NCBI GenBank assembly: GCA_051313645.2
Contig: JBNRSN020000007.1
Location: 253,084,001-253,148,000, forward strand
Reading direction: 5' to 3'
Length of the DNA: 64,000 nt
DNA from: Centroscyllium fabricii
Lineage: Eukaryota
Shown here: positions 63,769 through 64,000 of the stretch, one piece after another
How the letters are laid out: every line of letters starts with the position of its first letter
How positions within the stretch are numbered: the stretch's first letter is position 1
Translations under genes and position numbers: made by a program
The notes under the pieces: model-generated
What the model saw: only the letters and a program-made list of their open reading frames with translations
What the model was told of the DNA's origin: nothing
The model's database searches: none

Positions 63769-64000
63769 TAATGTAATTCTAGTACAATAGAAATCTCTTG
63801 ATTAAAATTATCTCTAGCACTTAAAAAAAAAAAAAAAAAAAAAAGATTTCCAGCACAATGGCAAGCAGGCTATTTCCCCAAGCCCGTGTTCAACGTGGGA
63901 GGTGTGAACAAACTGCAGCAAAAACAAATTCCCTTTCCTCCTCCAGGTATTAACTTCTTGCTGCAATACAGTTCCACAGGCAGCTTTGATACCTCACCCA

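Overview
Vertebrate genomic DNA, very probably from a cartilaginous fish, based on HE1/V-SINEs, DeuSINE-type SINEs and abundant CR1 LINEs. The + strand carries the last five coding exons of ASXL1 (DEUBAD, ASXM1, ASXM2, C-terminal PHD; stop at 28808). The - strand carries the last coding exon and long 3' UTR of NOL4L, arranged tail-to-tail as in mammals. The rest is repeat-rich intron and intergenic DNA: CR1, L2, V-SINE, DeuSINE, Tigger-, hAT- and Harbinger-type non-autonomous transposons, and Penelope-like elements. Two hidden systems stand out. First, an intact splice-spanning +1 overlapping ORF in ASXL1 (156 codons after UCC_UUU_CGG, with a second in-frame UUU_CGG 21 nt later) encodes an EHSY HCF-1-binding motif, i.e. 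a shark ASXL1-TF frameshift product. Second, short, often palindromic Penelope-like insertions carry minimal hammerhead ribozymes, one of which has a compensatory U3-A8 catalytic core. Exon, TIR, TSD and ribozyme coordinates were indexed by hand; LINE/SINE boundaries are approximate and family names come from recognition, not a database search.
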